Source of the DNA: an uncultured Cryomorphaceae bacterium | GTDB taxonomy: Bacteria; Bacteroidota; Bacteroidia; Flavobacteriales; Schleiferiaceae | Reading direction: 5' to 3' | Length of the DNA: 64,000 bases | Assembly: GCA_913043005.1 (NCBI GenBank) | Contig: CAJWKU010000004.1 | Coordinates: 22,981-86,980, forward strand | Program-made: the position numbers and the translations under genes | The notes under the pieces: generated by a model | Seen by the model: the letters and a program-made list of their open reading frames with translations, nothing else | Database searches by the model: none | What the model was told of the DNA's origin: nothing | Shown: in pieces, positions 46,200 through 56,067 of the stretch | Numbering within the stretch: position 1 is the first letter of the stretch | Layout: every line of letters starts with the position of its first letter

Positions 46200-47729
46200 A
46201 TGCAAGACGCTATTTTAATACTGGATTTTGGATCACAGTATACTCAATTGATTGCGAGAAGAGTTCGTGAATTACAAGTTTATTGTGAGATTCATCCATA
46301 CAATAATATTCCATCAGACTTGAAGCGTTTCAATGCAGTTATTCTTAGCGGTTCCCCTTATTCTACTTTAGAAGCAGATGCTCCAAATCCGGATATTAAT
46401 ATTTTTTTAGGTAAAATACCTGTTCTCGGAGTTTGTTATGGAGCTCAATACATAGCTAAAATAAAAGGTGGTCAAGTAGCCTCATCAAAACATCGTGAAT
46501 ATGGAAGAGCTAAAATTAACGGTCTAAACAATAGCTCGAAACTTTTAACAGGTATTCCTATGGATTCATCAGTTTGGATGAGCCATGGAGATACTATTGT
46601 TAAACTGCCAAAAGGTGCGCGCATAGAATGTTCTACTTCTGATGTTGAAATAGCGTCGTTCAAATTAAATGATCAAGAGACTTACGGAATTCAATATCAT
46701 CCTGAAGTGCATCACACTGAGCATGGAGTATTGTTGCTTAAGAATTTTGTTTATTCAATTGCAAATTGTTCGCCAAGTTGGACTCCAGCGGCATTTGTAA
46801 AGAGTACAATAGATCATCTAAAGAAAACGATCGGAGAAGGAAAAGTTGTTTTAGGTTTAAGCGGCGGAGTGGATAGTACCGTAGCAGCAGTTATATTGTC
46901 TCGGGCTATCGGTGATAGGCTTTTTTGCATATTCGTCAATAATGGTCTCTTGAGAAAAAATGAATTTGATAGTGTTCTTGATAGATATAAAGGCCTTGGT
47001 TTAAATGTAAAGGGTGTGGATGCTTCTTCGAATTTTCTATCAAAACTTGAGGGTGTTGAAGAGCCTGAAGAGAAAAGGAAAATTATTGGCGCAGCATTCA
47101 TTGATGTTTTTGATAAAGAATCAATGCTGATATCAGAAGTGGAATTTTTGGCTCAGGGAACTATTTATCCTGATGTTATCGAATCAATAAGTGTTAATGG
47201 CCCTTCGGTAACAATAAAATCACATCACAATGTTGGTGGCTTGCCTGATTATATGAAATTAAAAGTTGTTGAACCGCTAAGGTCACTTTTCAAGGATGAG
47301 GTAAGGCGAGTGGGGAAGGAGTTAGGCTTGTCTCAAGAATTACTTGGTAGACACCCATTTCCAGGGCCGGGTTTAGCAATTCGAATATTAGGATCCATAA
47401 CTCATGAAAGAGTCCAGATATTACAAGAGGTAGACTCAATATTTATTGATGGATTAAAAGATGAAGGTCTATATGATCAGGTTTGGCAGGCCGGAGTGAT
47501 ACTTCTTCCTGTTAAATCTGTAGGTGTTATGGGTGATGAGCGGACCTATGAGCAAGTAGTTGCACTTAGAGCAGTAGAATCAACGGATGGAATGACAGCT
47601 GACTGGGTGCATCTACCTTTTAGTTTTTTATCCAAGATATCGAATAAAATAATTAACAATGTTCGTGGTGTTAATAGAGTAGTTTATGATATCAGTAGTA
47701 AACCTCCAGCAACAATTGAATGGGAATAA
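46200..47729 (+). CDS. guaA: GMP synthase (glutamine-hydrolysing)
   Basis: The GATase part has LGVCYGAQ and the PP-loop is [12 protein letters not shown]. The C-terminus reads [18 protein letters not shown]. Confidence 0.95.
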   Translation: MQDAILILDFGSQYTQLIARRVRELQVYCEIHPYNNIPSDLKRFNAVILSGSPYSTLEADAPNPDINIFLGKIPVLGVCYGAQYIAKIKGGQVASSKHREYGRAKINGLNNSSKLLTGIPMDSSVWMSHGDTIVKLPKGARIECSTSDVEIASFKLNDQETYGIQYHPEVHHTEHGVLLLKNFVYSIANCSPSWTPAAFVKSTIDHLKKTIGEGKVVLGLSGGVDSTVAAVILSRAIGDRLFCIFVNNGLLRKNEFDSVLDRYKGLGLNVKGVDASSNFLSKLEGVEEPEEKRKIIGAAFIDVFDKESMLISEVEFLAQGTIYPDVIESISVNGPSVTIKSHHNVGGLPDYMKLKVVEPLRSLFKDEVRRVGKELGLSQELLGRHPFPGPGLAIRILGSITHERVQILQEVDSIFIDGLKDEGLYDQVWQAGVILLPVKSVGVMGDERTYEQVVALRAVESTDGMTADWVHLPFSFLSKISNKIINNVRGVNRVVYDISSKPPATIEWE

Positions 47730-49060
47730 AAATATATATACTCATGCTTTTTTTGACACTTGCCCTGAGTGCCTTGGGTCAAACTTATGACTCTTTGTTG
47801 ACAAATGAGATTAGTGATGAAACCGAAACTTTACATGGTTTGGATACGCTGCGTAACCCTTGTGATTTAAAAGCAACCGCTAAAGATCAAAGTTTACGTT
47901 TGTGGGCATTAGCACTCCCTTTCAATATGACATTAGATACTGTTGGTATTGATACGGCCTCATATACAGATAATTTGTTTCATCAATTTCCATCGAGGAA
48001 ATTGAGTATTAAAAATAAAATGGCTACAAAATTTTATTCTGGATTTAGATCAGCAGTTGATTCAATGAATAAATTAGGTCAAAACATTCAACTTATACTC
48101 GCTGATCATAATGAAAAAAATAATTCATATCAAATTCAAGACGATCCCTACAATTCCATTTACGAATACTCTGCAACGGGATTTATGGATATTTGTAACC
48201 GTCTTTGTGTAGAAAAAATAATTGGCCCATTTCGTTCTGAAGCTGCCGAAATATTAGCAAAGAAATCTACTGGAATTCCTGTAATAAACCCAGTTTCCAG
48301 AGCTGTAAATGTAAAAAACAATCCAAAGCTTATTGCAGCTGCTCCATCAAGAAATTCAGAATCTATTGCTTTGGGTAAGAGAGCAGCAATAGATCGAGAA
48401 AACAATGACAGCAGTATAACTGTTTTATTATTGACTGAGAAAAGTATTAGTATGAAATTAGATAGTTCTTTTATAGAATCATATGTCTCAACGGGGAGAA
48501 AAGAAGTGGAAATTGTAGCTCTTGAAATATCTGATCAAATTGACTTCAATGAGCTTGTATCAAGAGGTCCAAAGGATATGTTGATAAGATATGTTCTTCT
48601 AGATAATAATGTCTTGAGGGCAGCTCAATTGTTAAGTGCATTTAGAAATAGAGATCCAGAACTAACAGAATTCTGGTCGATGGGCTCTGTCTTAAAAAGT
48701 AATGCATTGGATTCATATCTTCTTTTGCGGCAACCTATAGTTTGGGCTCAAGCTGAGAGAGCAGACTACATAAAGCTAAATCGCATCTATAACTCTATTC
48801 AACGCTTCTCCAAGACATCACCCGGTAGATGGGAATGGTTGGGTTATGATATGGCTTGGTATGCCGGCTATATGAAAAACAATACCCCAATGGCATATGC
48901 AGGACCAAGAAGACTGTATGTATGGAGTCATATGGAAGGTCATGGGTATGTCAATGAATCGGCTTTGATGTTCAGGTTTGACCATACTGGGGTTCGGCCA
49001 TTAGATTTGGTAGAGCCTTTTAAGTTGTTTCAGGAAGCAGATAGTTTGATAATTAATTAA
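47720..49060 (+). CDS. Hypothetical exported protein (446 aa)
   Basis: It has an N-terminal signal-like segment ([17 protein letters not shown]). I recognise no motifs. The start could instead be the ATG at 47744. Confidence 0.45.
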   Translation: MGIKIYILMLFLTLALSALGQTYDSLLTNEISDETETLHGLDTLRNPCDLKATAKDQSLRLWALALPFNMTLDTVGIDTASYTDNLFHQFPSRKLSIKNKMATKFYSGFRSAVDSMNKLGQNIQLILADHNEKNNSYQIQDDPYNSIYEYSATGFMDICNRLCVEKIIGPFRSEAAEILAKKSTGIPVINPVSRAVNVKNNPKLIAAAPSRNSESIALGKRAAIDRENNDSSITVLLLTEKSISMKLDSSFIESYVSTGRKEVEIVALEISDQIDFNELVSRGPKDMLIRYVLLDNNVLRAAQLLSAFRNRDPELTEFWSMGSVLKSNALDSYLLLRQPIVWAQAERADYIKLNRIYNSIQRFSKTSPGRWEWLGYDMAWYAGYMKNNTPMAYAGPRRLYVWSHMEGHGYVNESALMFRFDHTGVRPLDLVEPFKLFQEADSLIIN

Positions 49061-49078
49061 TATTAAAAAATAGAGCTA

Positions 49079-50542
49079 ATGAGCGATATTTCGAAATTAG
49101 AACCAAGAAGTGTTTGGAAGGCTTTTTGCGAGTTAAATTCCGTTCCAAGGCCTTCAAAAAGGGAAGATAAAGTTCAGAAGTTTGCTCTGGAAATAGGAAA
49201 TTCTTTGAATTTGCCAACGGAGAAAGATGAGGTTGGAAATATTAAAATCACAAAACCAGCCTCAAATGACATGACAGGCGCTACACCAATAGTAGTGCAA
49301 GCTCATTTGGATATGGTATGTCAAAAAAACGATGGAACTAATCACGATTGGTATGAAGATCCAATTTCTATGTTTGTAGATGATGGATGGGTTAAAGCAA
49401 ATGGAACTACTCTTGGGGCCGACAATGGAATAGGTGTGGCATTTGCCGTAGCTCTACTCAGAGCGAAAGACTTGTCACATCCTCCGTTAGAAGTTTTATT
49501 TACATCTGATGAGGAAACCGGCATGACTGGGGCTTTAGGGTTGAAAAAAGGATGGGTTCAGGGAAAGTATCTCCTAAATATCGATACTGAAGATGACACG
49601 GAATTGACAATTGGATGTGCTGGTGGAATTGATGTCTCATCTTTTTTGGAGCTAGAGAGAAGAGATGCTCCTGTTGAAAATCCGGAAATATTTGAGATTA
49701 GACTATCGGGTCTTTCCGGCGGGCATTCGGGAATGGATATTCATTTAGGTCTGGGTAACGCAAATGTTTTGTTGGCAAGAGTTTTAAGAGAAATAGAGAA
49801 AAGCGCATGTGCTTTACTCGTAGACTTTGACGGTGGAAACTTGAGAAACGCCATACCGAGAGAAGCATCTGCGACTATAGTAATGGGTGAGTCTCACTCT
49901 GATTTGCTATTGGATTCAATAAAATCAGTGCGCGATGAATTATCAAGTGAATTAAGAGTTACAGATCCAAATTTTATTTTAGAATGTAAGAAAAAAGTAT
50001 CTAAAGGTTTGGTTCCTAAAGTTTTGAATGCAGTTCAGCAGGAAAGGATTATTTCTGCGATTGCAGGATGCCCAGTTGGGATTATAAGAATGAGCCCTGA
50101 GGTTAAAGGTCTAGTTCAAACTTCAAATAATGTGGCTCGAGTGAGTATTGATAGGGAGAAAGCCGAAATCTTATGCCTAACACGTTCTTCTTCAGAGTCT
50201 GAGAAAATGGATTGTGCAAACAGAATTGCTGGTAATTTAAATATGGCTGGTTTTAAAACCTCTTTTTCCGGTTCGTATCCCGGCTGGGAGCCAGCACCCT
50301 CTGGTTATTTAGCTGATTTGATGGAAAACACTTATCGAGAGTTGTTCAATGAAAATCCAAACGTTAATGCTTGCCATGCAGGTTTGGAATGTGGGATAAT
50401 TGGAGAAAGGTGCCCAGGTATGGAGATGATTTCTTTTGGACCGAATATAAGGGGTGCACATTCTCCAGATGAAAAAGTTGAAATTAAATCTGTGAATAAG
50501 TCATGGATTTATTTTGTTGAAGTTCTCAAACGTTTACAATAA
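49079..50542 (+). CDS. pepD: Aminoacyl-histidine dipeptidase (Xaa-His dipeptidase, M20 family)
   Basis: Characteristic stretches are LEPRSVWKAFCELNSVPRPSKRE, VQAHLDMV, GADNGIGVA, TSDEETGMTGA and GLECG. Confidence 0.88.
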   Translation: MSDISKLEPRSVWKAFCELNSVPRPSKREDKVQKFALEIGNSLNLPTEKDEVGNIKITKPASNDMTGATPIVVQAHLDMVCQKNDGTNHDWYEDPISMFVDDGWVKANGTTLGADNGIGVAFAVALLRAKDLSHPPLEVLFTSDEETGMTGALGLKKGWVQGKYLLNIDTEDDTELTIGCAGGIDVSSFLELERRDAPVENPEIFEIRLSGLSGGHSGMDIHLGLGNANVLLARVLREIEKSACALLVDFDGGNLRNAIPREASATIVMGESHSDLLLDSIKSVRDELSSELRVTDPNFILECKKKVSKGLVPKVLNAVQQERIISAIAGCPVGIIRMSPEVKGLVQTSNNVARVSIDREKAEILCLTRSSSESEKMDCANRIAGNLNMAGFKTSFSGSYPGWEPAPSGYLADLMENTYRELFNENPNVNACHAGLECGIIGERCPGMEMISFGPNIRGAHSPDEKVEIKSVNKSWIYFVEVLKRLQ

Positions 50543-50569
50543 TAAAACTCATAATTTTATCTTGTTAAT

Positions 50570-51034
50570 ATGGGATTTATAGATTTGTTTTTTGGAGTAT
50601 CTGCTTATTTTCTGATGGAAGGTGCTGCATGGGCTGCTCATAAATATTTAATGCACGGACCTTTATGGTTTTTGCATTCGGATCATCACACAAAAAATCC
50701 AGGTTTTTTCGAAAAAAATGATTTTTTCTTTTTAGTATTTGCAATTCCTAGCTGGCTTTGCATCATGCTTGGTATGATATACGGTATATCCGAATCTGTT
50801 GCTTTTGGATATGGTATTGCTGGTTATGGCTTGACCTATTTCCTAGTCCATGAAATTTTTATTCATCAGCGTTTTAGATTTTTCAGAAATACCACCAATC
50901 CATATTTCAAAGCGGTTAGATTAAAGCATAAATTGCATCATAAAAACCTTGATCAGCATGGGGCAGAGCACTTTGGTTTACTTTGGGTATCAAGGAAGTT
51001 GATCGTTTCTCAGCGCATAAAAAAGCGGTTATAA
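50570..51034 (+). CDS. crtZ: Beta-carotene hydroxylase
   Basis: The histidine boxes are HKYLMHGPLWFLHSDHH, VHEIFIHQRF and HKLHHK. It is a 154-aa membrane protein. Confidence 0.85.
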   Translation: MGFIDLFFGVSAYFLMEGAAWAAHKYLMHGPLWFLHSDHHTKNPGFFEKNDFFFLVFAIPSWLCIMLGMIYGISESVAFGYGIAGYGLTYFLVHEIFIHQRFRFFRNTTNPYFKAVRLKHKLHHKNLDQHGAEHFGLLWVSRKLIVSQRIKKRL

Positions 51035-51720
51035 TGAAGGGACTATACTTATTGATAGATGCTTTGGTTTTTCTCGGGCCTTTAACGAGATCATTTGAGC
51101 CTAGAATTGCTTATTTCAGTAAATGGAAGAGAATGCTATTAGCGACTCTTTTGATGATGCTAATAATGATCCCGTGGGATATTTTCTTTACGCTAAAGGG
51201 GTATTGGGGTTTTAATCCTGATTATTTAGTTAATATATATATTGCCAATCTTCCTATTGAAGAAGTTCTTTTTTTTATTGTTGTTCCTTTTGCGTCTTAT
51301 TTTATTTATGAAGTTATGCAGCTCTTCTTCCCAATAAATTCTACCCCAAAATTGATGCATAATGCCAGTATACTCGCTGGAGCCTTTTTAATTTATGCTA
51401 GCATTCAACAAATGGGTATGTACACTGTTATTGTTGGGGTGACTCTTGGTGCTGAATTGATTCTAGTGGGGCTTTGGAAAGTAAGATGGCTTAAATCTTT
51501 TATTAGGTCATACTTAATAATTTTGATTCCCTTTTTACTCGTTAACGGGGTATTAACAGGCTCGTTTTTGGATAATCCCATTGTTTGGTATTCTGAATTA
51601 GAAATTTTAGGATATCGAATATTTACGATTCCGGTTGAAGATGCTTTTTACGGGATGGAAATGATGCTTATATACACGGCAGTAATGCAATCAAAATGGG
51701 TCCCGAAGTTCTTTACTTAG
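51034..51720 (+). CDS. Lycopene cyclase domain protein (fused two-domain CrtYc/d type)
   Basis: It is a polytopic membrane protein with two similar halves, each carrying a P-x-E-E/D type motif (LPIEEVLFF and IPVEDAFYG). I moved the start to the ATG at 51034, giving a TAATG overlap with crtZ. Confidence 0.7.
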   Translation: MKGLYLLIDALVFLGPLTRSFEPRIAYFSKWKRMLLATLLMMLIMIPWDIFFTLKGYWGFNPDYLVNIYIANLPIEEVLFFIVVPFASYFIYEVMQLFFPINSTPKLMHNASILAGAFLIYASIQQMGMYTVIVGVTLGAELILVGLWKVRWLKSFIRSYLIILIPFLLVNGVLTGSFLDNPIVWYSELEILGYRIFTIPVEDAFYGMEMMLIYTAVMQSKWVPKFFT

Positions 51721-52301
51721 ATGCATCCATAGCTGTTGTTTCAAAGCCTGCTATGCTAATGGTCGAACCGGATAGATTCGGGAATCCAAATTTACAAGAT
51801 TGGGCAGAAAAAGAATTTGGCGGAATTACTTGGGCCGTGCATCGATTGGATCGCCCTACTAGTGGACTCGTTGTTTTGGCTCGAAAAAAGTATTCTTGTA
51901 CCCATTTGATGAGACAATTTGAAATGAGAACAGTCAAAAAAAGATATAAATTAAAAAGTCACATCGAATTACCGGAAGGAACATGGAATTGGGAAGATTT
52001 TTTAAAAAAAGATCATTTAAATTTCAAGAGTATAATTGTTTCTAAAGATGAAGGCAAAAGGGCGTCTTTAAGGGGAGAGCGTATTGATAGTAATTCAGCA
52101 GAAGTTGAACTATTTACGGGACGCTATCATCAAATTAGAGCTCAGGCGAGTCACAGAGGATATCCAATTTTAGGTGATGTTTTTTACGGTGGAAATGCTT
52201 GGGATAACGAAGGTGTAGCACTTCATGCCAGTTATCTGTCTTTTCACCATCCAAAAACTAATGAGGAGTTAAATTTTGATAGTGAAACTAATCGGTTTTA
52301 A
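51696..52301 (+). CDS. RluA-family pseudouridine synthase
   Basis: The catalytic motif is HRLDRPTSGLVVLA, and GRYHQIRAQ is also present. Confidence 0.85.
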   Translation: MGPEVLYLDASIAVVSKPAMLMVEPDRFGNPNLQDWAEKEFGGITWAVHRLDRPTSGLVVLARKKYSCTHLMRQFEMRTVKKRYKLKSHIELPEGTWNWEDFLKKDHLNFKSIIVSKDEGKRASLRGERIDSNSAEVELFTGRYHQIRAQASHRGYPILGDVFYGGNAWDNEGVALHASYLSFHHPKTNEELNFDSETNRF

Positions 52302-52340
52302 AGTAAAATTGATCGTACTTTTATACTCTAATATCGTTCT

Positions 52341-53279
52341 ATGCTTACTCGACGTCATATCCGCATTAAAGTGATGCAGGCTCTTTTCGCTTTTTACCAA
52401 GGTGAATCCAAAGAGATAAAAGACGGATTGTCCGATCTTAATAAGAGTATTCAAAATATTTATACATTATACCTCTATGAATTGAAAATGTTTTGGCATT
52501 TTCATCGGTTTCTAGAAGAGCGTTTAGAAATTGAAAAACAAAAAAAAATACACAATCCGAACAGAGAATTTAGAATTCAAGCATTACTAGAAATGCCTTT
52601 TATGCATGCTTTAGCTTCTGATAGAGATGTTCTTAAGATTTGGGATAAAAAAAATATTAATTGGGGAGATGATCTGGATATGATTCGCGGAGCTTTTTTT
52701 TCTTTTTGGACAACTGAAATGGATGGGGAATGGTTAAATTCCTCTGAGACCCCCGGCGAGCAAGATAGTATTCTGTGGTTCAAAAGGTTTTATCGCGACG
52801 CAATTGCAAATAATGAATCTATTCAATCTCACTATGAAGATTTGAGTATGCATTGGTCCGATGATCTGGATGCAGCCCAAATGATGGCTGTTCAAACCCT
52901 ACAGAATGCAAAAAGAGGTAAACCGCTTCTAGTTAACTTGTTTAAGGATGAAGACGATGAGTCATTTGCGGAGATGATTTTTATAAAATCTATAACGTCC
53001 CATGATGAGTTAATGGCTAAAGTTCGTTCAAAGTCTGAAAAATGGGATTACGAGAGGCTAGCACCTGTGGATAGATGTATTATTGAACAGTCTATGATAG
53101 AGGTCCAATATGCTACTGAGGTTCCGGTTAAAGTTACCATTAATGAAGCTATTGAATTGGCAAAACAGTATTCCACAGAAAAATCTCCTGGGTTCATAAA
53201 TGGTTTGTTAGACTCTCTTGTTAAGGATATGATTTCAGAGGGTAAAGTTAAAAAGATTGGGAGAGGACTAATTGATTAG
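52341..53279 (+). CDS. nusB: Transcription antitermination factor NusB (long Bacteroidota form)
   Basis: The N-terminus reads RRHIRIKVMQALFAF. The C-terminal NusB core reads ERLAPVDRCIIEQSMIE...VTINEAIELAKQYSTEKSPGFINGLLD. Confidence 0.85.
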   Translation: MLTRRHIRIKVMQALFAFYQGESKEIKDGLSDLNKSIQNIYTLYLYELKMFWHFHRFLEERLEIEKQKKIHNPNREFRIQALLEMPFMHALASDRDVLKIWDKKNINWGDDLDMIRGAFFSFWTTEMDGEWLNSSETPGEQDSILWFKRFYRDAIANNESIQSHYEDLSMHWSDDLDAAQMMAVQTLQNAKRGKPLLVNLFKDEDDESFAEMIFIKSITSHDELMAKVRSKSEKWDYERLAPVDRCIIEQSMIEVQYATEVPVKVTINEAIELAKQYSTEKSPGFINGLLDSLVKDMISEGKVKKIGRGLID

Positions 53280-53309
53280 TACATTCGCAGTCTTCTTAAA
53301 TAACAATAT

Positions 53310-53753
53310 ATGAAACATACAATTTTTATAATTCTTTTAGCGTCAGTGTGCTTTTCCTGCTCCGATGCTTCTTCAAAAATAAAAAGCTCTGAAGACAGAA
53401 TGTCAATAGACGCAGTAACTGATATTATAAAAAATAATGAGTTACCAGTTTTTTCTTTTGAGGAGGAAGTTTGGGACTTTGGTCCAATCAATGATGGGGA
53501 TGTTGTTGATCACGATTTTGAATTCACGAACACAGGTAAAGCTCCATTAATTATAAGTTCTGCCCAAGGAAGTTGTGGATGCACAGTCCCCAAATATTCG
53601 AATGAGCCAATTGCTCCGGGATCCAAGGGTGTAATATCAGTTCAATTTAATTCCAAAGGAAAAGGTGGTAGTCAAGAAAAGACTGTTACTCTATCGGCAA
53701 ACACAGTTCCTAATACAAAAGTTTTAAAAATCAAAGCCCAAGTGGCTCCATAA
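53310..53753 (+). CDS. DUF1573 domain protein, exported/lipoprotein-like
   Basis: It has a signal peptide ending in FSCS. The domain reads WDFGPINDGDVVDHDFEFTNTGKAPLIISSAQGSCGCTVP. Confidence 0.8.
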   Translation: MKHTIFIILLASVCFSCSDASSKIKSSEDRMSIDAVTDIIKNNELPVFSFEEEVWDFGPINDGDVVDHDFEFTNTGKAPLIISSAQGSCGCTVPKYSNEPIAPGSKGVISVQFNSKGKGGSQEKTVTLSANTVPNTKVLKIKAQVAP

Positions 53754-53766
53754 TTAATACTCAATC

Positions 53767-54078
53767 ATGACAAATTTATTTTTACAGGCAAACTCTGCAG
53801 GCAGCATAAGCAGTTTTTTACCACTAATCGCTATTGTAGCAGTAATGTATTTCTTCTTCATTCGTCCACAAATGAAAAAGCAAAAAGAAGAAACTAAGTT
53901 CCGTAGCCAATTAGTCAAAGGAATGCGGGTGGTTACCACAAGTGGAATTCATGCTAAGATTTTAGATGTGGACGAGAAAACTGTATTGGTTGAGTCTGAA
54001 AATAGTCGTTTAAGACTAGAGAGAGCTGCAATTAGTAAAGATCTTACCGTATCAGTCAACCCTACTTCTAAAAAATAA
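53767..54078 (+). CDS. yajC: Preprotein translocase subunit YajC
   Basis: It has a single TM segment followed by FFFIRPQMKKQKE and VTTSGIHAKI. Confidence 0.88.
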   Translation: MTNLFLQANSAGSISSFLPLIAIVAVMYFFFIRPQMKKQKEETKFRSQLVKGMRVVTTSGIHAKILDVDEKTVLVESENSRLRLERAAISKDLTVSVNPTSKK

Positions 54079-54080
54079 GT

Positions 54081-54596
54081 TTATATCCTCTTCATTTGCT
54101 GTTGTAGCATTTTTATTTGATCTGCCAACAAACCTTTGTTATCCAGTTTTTTAGCTTCACTCAACAATAGCTGTGCTTCTTTTTTCTTTCTTTTTGTCAT
54201 AGCCATTGCCGAAAGTTGCATTTTGGCTAAGGCACGATCTTGTTTCATTCTTAGCCCTGTGGATAGTGCTTTTCTCATCCAAGATTCACTCTTGGTAAGG
54301 TTTGTTTGAGAATTCATTAACCCCCTGAGGAAATAGTAATAAGCTAGCTGACCTTTTATTAAAGTTTTTTCTGGACTTTTTATTTTATCTAGTTGTTTCC
54401 CTGCTTTTTCAAAATCCTGTTTTCTAACCTGCCATAGTGCCATTAAAATTCTCTCATTTCTAAAATGAAATAAAATTGGAAAGAGGGAGATAAGTATCAA
54501 AAAAATTCCATTTCCAATTTCCGAATCAATGAATTGCTGGGCTGAAAAAACGATAACCCCTATAGCAATAGCCAGTCTTAAGTATTTTTGAATCAT
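54081..54596 (-). CDS. Hypothetical membrane protein with helical (TPR-like) C-terminal region
   Basis: It has two N-terminal hydrophobic segments followed by a charged helical region. I recognise no family. Confidence 0.45.
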   Translation of the reverse strand: MIQKYLRLAIAIGVIVFSAQQFIDSEIGNGIFLILISLFPILFHFRNERILMALWQVRKQDFEKAGKQLDKIKSPEKTLIKGQLAYYYFLRGLMNSQTNLTKSESWMRKALSTGLRMKQDRALAKMQLSAMAMTKRKKKEAQLLLSEAKKLDNKGLLADQIKMLQQQMKRI

Positions 54597-54712
54597 TGTG
54601 TAAAATTAGTCTTTGCAAGGGTTACTATCGATGAGATGTTAAAAACATATTCATTGAAGAATGAAATGACAACTTTAATGATATAATTTCATAAGGATTT
54701 AAAATCTATAGA

Positions 54713-56065
54713 ATGGCATCCAAGCTAAAAGTCAAACGGAAAATATTTGTTCTAGATACCTCTGTCATATTGTATGATCATAATGCAATAATGAACTTTG
54801 AAGAACATGATGTTGCAATACCAATACCTGTTCTAGAAGAGCTAGATGAGTTTAAAAAGGGTAGCGATACCAAAAACTTTGAGGCTCGAGAGTTTATCCG
54901 AATGCTGGATAAGAAAGCTGAGAATAAGCAATTAACAGATTGGATTAGTCTCAATGGAGAAAAGCGAGGAAAATTCAGAGTGATAATGGCGACGCCTGGT
55001 CTGAATGTTGATGCAACAGAGATATACGGCAAAGGAAAAAATGATCATAGCATTCTAAATGCCGCTCTTTTTCTCCAGGAAAAAGAACCTAAAAGACCGG
55101 TTATTTTGGTAACTAAGGATATTAATTTGAGACTAAAGGCGAAGGCCCTCAACTTGCATGCTGAAGATTATTTAACAGGTAGAGTAAAAGAGTCAAATAC
55201 GAGATTTTCAGGACGATCAGAATTACAGAATTTTCCGGTGAAGCATATTCAGCATCTGTATGATAATAAGTTATTGGCTCTTGATCCTGCGGAAAAAAGT
55301 AATATTAAATTTAAATTACAACCTAACTTATTTTATATACTGAAATCAACAAAAAACTCAGCTTTAGGATTTTTTAATGGAGAATCCAAAAGTATGGAGT
55401 TAGTTGAAAAAGATAGTTTTTATGGTATAAAACCAAGGAATTCTGAACAGGCTTTTGCTTTGCACGCTATCATGAATCCTACGATTCGATTAGTTACGCT
55501 TACTGGTGTTGCAGGAACAGGTAAGACTCTTCTTGCTTTAGCTGGCTCTTTGGAACAGCGCCGTGACTTTAAGCAAATCTATCTCGCAAGACCGATAGTG
55601 CCTCTTTCGAATAGAGATATTGGTTTTCTTCCGGGGGATGCAGAACAAAAAATCAACCCATATATGCAGCCGCTTTGGGATAATTTAAAATTTATTAAGA
55701 ATCAATTTAGTGAACGAGATCGTAATTATAAACAAATAGATGACATGGTGGCGAGTGAAAAAATACTCGTTACTCCATTGGCTTATATAAGAGGGAGATC
55801 ATTATCTAATGTTATATTCATCGTGGATGAAGCTCAGAACCTTACTCCCCATGAGATTAAGACAATCATCACGAGGGCAGGAGAGAATTCCAAGTTTATT
55901 TTTACTGGAGATGTACACCAAATCGATACACCCTATTTAGATGAACAATCGAATGGTCTATCTTATATAGTAGATAGGTTAAGGGGTCAGCCTTTATATG
56001 CTCATATTACACTTGAAAAAGGAGAGCGATCAGAGTTAGCAAATCTTGCTAACGATTTATTATGA
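54713..56065 (+). CDS. PIN-domain + PhoH-like ATPase (YlaK-type)
   Basis: The N-terminal PIN domain has FVLDTSVIL and ILVTKDINLRLKA. The C-terminal PhoH ATPase has GVAGTGKT (Walker A) and FIVDEAQN (Walker B). Confidence 0.85.
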   Translation: MASKLKVKRKIFVLDTSVILYDHNAIMNFEEHDVAIPIPVLEELDEFKKGSDTKNFEAREFIRMLDKKAENKQLTDWISLNGEKRGKFRVIMATPGLNVDATEIYGKGKNDHSILNAALFLQEKEPKRPVILVTKDINLRLKAKALNLHAEDYLTGRVKESNTRFSGRSELQNFPVKHIQHLYDNKLLALDPAEKSNIKFKLQPNLFYILKSTKNSALGFFNGESKSMELVEKDSFYGIKPRNSEQAFALHAIMNPTIRLVTLTGVAGTGKTLLALAGSLEQRRDFKQIYLARPIVPLSNRDIGFLPGDAEQKINPYMQPLWDNLKFIKNQFSERDRNYKQIDDMVASEKILVTPLAYIRGRSLSNVIFIVDEAQNLTPHEIKTIITRAGENSKFIFTGDVHQIDTPYLDEQSNGLSYIVDRLRGQPLYAHITLEKGERSELANLANDLL

Positions 56066-56067
56066 TT

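Noticed and set aside
54713-56065. The PIN + PhoH ATPase as a candidate toxin or defence module.
   Set aside because: This fused architecture (YlaK-type) is a widely conserved single-copy housekeeping gene. There is no partner antitoxin, no mobile-element context, and the flanks (yajC region, pckA) are core genes.
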